Positions 61,982-64,000 of a stretch of DNA of 64,000 nucleotides are shown here, one piece after another (position 1 is the stretch's first letter; every line of letters begins with the position of its first letter). The translations under genes and the position numbers were made by a program. The DNA is from a virus (taxonomy: Duplodnaviria > Caudoviricetes). The notes beneath the pieces are model-generated. The model saw nothing but the letters and a program-made list of their open reading frames with translations. It searched no databases and was not told where the DNA came from. The stretch is taken from the IMG/VR virus record IMGVR_UViG_3300037067_009374, positions 27,076 through 91,075 of that record. One strand, given 5' to 3'.

Positions 61982-62279
61982 CAGTTTATGTGTGCAAATC
62001 GTGCGGTCGTGCTGTCAGAGCAGAAGAGAAACCTAACTTTTGTTATGCTGATAGAATGGATTCAATCGAAAATATATCAGATGAAGATGCAGTAAAAATG
62101 GGGATATTCCAAACACCTGAAACATCAATATGGGATTTTGGGATACTGTATGAGTTTCCCCTTGATGTTAGGTTTCATCCCATCACTGGAAAAGAGATAA
62201 AACCTGATTTCATATATAATCCTAGTAAAGGGTTTTATTCTTTAAGTGAACTTCAAGATTCTATTATGGAGAAAGTCCG

Positions 62280-62966
62280 ATGATTTACGATATCAAAGAT
62301 AAATCAGATGGTCGTAATGCTATATTTGAATTTCTCTGCAATAGAAAATTTAAGTCTGTAGTTGATGTTGGTGGTGGGTTGAACATTTGGGCAAGTCCCT
62401 ATGTTACTCATTGTATAGATATCAATCAACCAAAAAAATATGAATGTAAATTTCTTAAGGCAGATATTTCTACTCAGAGAGATTGGGATAATATTCGAAG
62501 TATTGTAGCATTTACTGGCAAGTTTGATTTTTCTATATGTACTCATGTTCTTGAAGATATTGCAAATCCTTCACTTGTTTTGCAAATGTTACCACAGATT
62601 TCTCATATGGGGTTTGTTTCTTTCCCTAGCAAACATGCAGAAATATGTAGAGGTATAGAATGTGGAACTCCTGAAGATCAGGCTGCATGGGGAATAGGTG
62701 GGGGAAAATATCGGGGATATTTTCATCATAGATGGATTCTTACTATTCTTGATTACAAACTTAGGTTGTTTCCAAAATTAAATTTTATTGAATATATAAA
62801 TGGACTTGAATGGGCTACAAGAGAAAATAAAGATGCTCATTTCCATGAACTTTCTTTTTGGTGGAAAGATGATATCCCTTTTGAGATTTTTAATGATGAT
62901 TTCATGGGACCGGATGGTGGAACTTATATGAAGGCTTGGCGAACAGAAATCATAAAGGGATATTAA
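62280..62966 (+). CDS. SAM-dependent methyltransferase-like protein
   Basis: VVDVGGG, FDFSICTHVLEDI.NP, RGYFHHRW. Confidence 0.78.
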   Translation: MIYDIKDKSDGRNAIFEFLCNRKFKSVVDVGGGLNIWASPYVTHCIDINQPKKYECKFLKADISTQRDWDNIRSIVAFTGKFDFSICTHVLEDIANPSLVLQMLPQISHMGFVSFPSKHAEICRGIECGTPEDQAAWGIGGGKYRGYFHHRWILTILDYKLRLFPKLNFIEYINGLEWATRENKDAHFHELSFWWKDDIPFEIFNDDFMGPDGGTYMKAWRTEIIKGY

Positions 62967-62967
62967 A

Positions 62968-63666
62968 ATGATAACCAAAGCAGAAAACAAAATTCTGTTG
63001 CGTGATGAGTGTTTGAGCTTTATCAAAAGTAAAAGATATAAACGAGTACTTGATGTTGGAGGAGCATTGTATCCTTGGGCAAGAGATGTTGTTTCTCACT
63101 ATCTTGATATAAATGATCCTAAAGAAGTCTGTGGACCTGAATTTCATTGTTCTCAATTCCTAAGTTCTACTTTTATTGAGGGTGATATTTGTAGACAAGA
63201 AACATGGGATCGTATGCAGAAATTTGATCCTTTTGATTTTGTTATATGTTCACAGACACTTGAAGACATAAGAGATCCTACTGTAGCATTACGCAATCTT
63301 TCAAAGATAGCAAAACAAGGTTTTATCACTGTACCTGTAAAATATCGTGAACTTAGTTTTGTAGAAATTCGTTCTGTTGAAATACAAAATGAATGGCAAT
63401 TGAAAAGTCCTTATCGAGGATATTTTCATCATCGTTGGATATTTACTATAGATGATGGTAAGTTATATCTTTTTCCAAAACTAAACTTTGTTGAACATAT
63501 ACAAGGTTTAGAAAATGTGCTTGACCAATCTGATAATGGTTGTCAGGAACTTGCTTTCTTTTGGGAAGATTCAATTCCTTTTGAGATTGTAAATGATGAT
63601 TTTCTTGGTCCTAATCCCCCTTCAGTATTTGGATACTATAGAGATTTATTGGAGAAAGGCTTATGA
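62968..63666 (+). CDS. SAM-dependent methyltransferase-like protein (tandem paralog)
   Basis: VLDVGGA, FDFVICSQTLEDIRDP, RGYFHHRW. Confidence 0.78.
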   Translation: MITKAENKILLRDECLSFIKSKRYKRVLDVGGALYPWARDVVSHYLDINDPKEVCGPEFHCSQFLSSTFIEGDICRQETWDRMQKFDPFDFVICSQTLEDIRDPTVALRNLSKIAKQGFITVPVKYRELSFVEIRSVEIQNEWQLKSPYRGYFHHRWIFTIDDGKLYLFPKLNFVEHIQGLENVLDQSDNGCQELAFFWEDSIPFEIVNDDFLGPNPPSVFGYYRDLLEKGL

Positions 63667-64000
63667 TAAGCATTGTGATAAATACTGATACTAGACCTGG
63701 TTTTGATGCATCTACTTCTGTTCAAGGAAAACAGTTTGAAGGTACACGGAATTTGGATTTTTTAGTTGAAAGTATTTGGAACAAATACAACTTTTTTAAG
63801 GATTATCCAAATATTGAGATAATCCAGTTTATTGACGTACATGAAGGTTTCAGTGATTGGAACAGAATAATTAAATCTTGTCCTAAAAAAATGAAGCTTA
63901 TTATTAGTCCACATAATGAACAATATCGTGGTGCGTTTTTCCCAAAATATAATGATTTGAATTATATTCAGGCATTGTCTATGGCTAGGGGAAAATATGT
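63663..64000 (+). CDS. Probable GT2-like glycosyltransferase (partial)
   Basis: MISIVINTDTR... ending ALSMARGKY at the window edge. Confidence 0.5.
   Translation, partial: MISIVINTDTRPGFDASTSVQGKQFEGTRNLDFLVESIWNKYNFFKDYPNIEIIQFIDVHEGFSDWNRIIKSCPKKMKLIISPHNEQYRGAFFPKYNDLNYIQALSMARGKY

Noticed and set aside
47174-63156. Minus-strand ORFs in the structural arm (e.g. 52962-53510, 53650-54120, 59857-60372)
   Set aside because: They are antisense to clear structural or enzyme genes and lack independent support.
1-64000. Stop-codon reassignment, or a DGR/retron system
   Set aside because: Conserved genes are full length in the standard code, and no reverse transcriptase or adenine-variable repeat pair was seen.

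Overview
The window is a ~64 kb piece of an AT-rich, probably lytic tailed dsDNA phage genome; no integrase or repressor is visible. The left arm (1 to ~43 kb, minus strand) carries a full replication/recombination module: Mre11, an N-terminal Rad50 half, RuvC, flap exonuclease, RecA, ThyA, SSB, DnaX-like clamp loader, a UDG-PolA fusion with an HNH intein, a beta-like clamp, DnaB-like helicase, primase and an SF2 helicase. It also carries a complete 7-deazaguanine DNA-modification cluster (dpdA-like, queF, folE, queC, queE, queD), two aberrant tRNA-like RNAs and many small early genes. The right arm (from 46.9 kb, plus strand) encodes terminase, portal, S49 protease, decoration, capsid and neck proteins, followed by glycosyltransferases, membrane proteins and SAM methyltransferases. 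The most striking signal is a ~2.63 kb stretch (41282-43910) at the upstream end of the early arm with no GG or CC dinucleotide at all. Its proteins lack Gly/Pro/Trp, one is a Gly/Pro-free paralog of a normal phage protein, and its Shine-Dalgarno sites and terminators are also GG-free. The stretch contains two small ORFs whose 3' UTRs fold back over their own ribosome-binding sites, and a large non-coding structured region. My hypothesis (inference) is a first-injected, modification-free or PAM-free leader in a guanine-hypermodifying phage. All calls come from reading motifs by eye; no searches were run.
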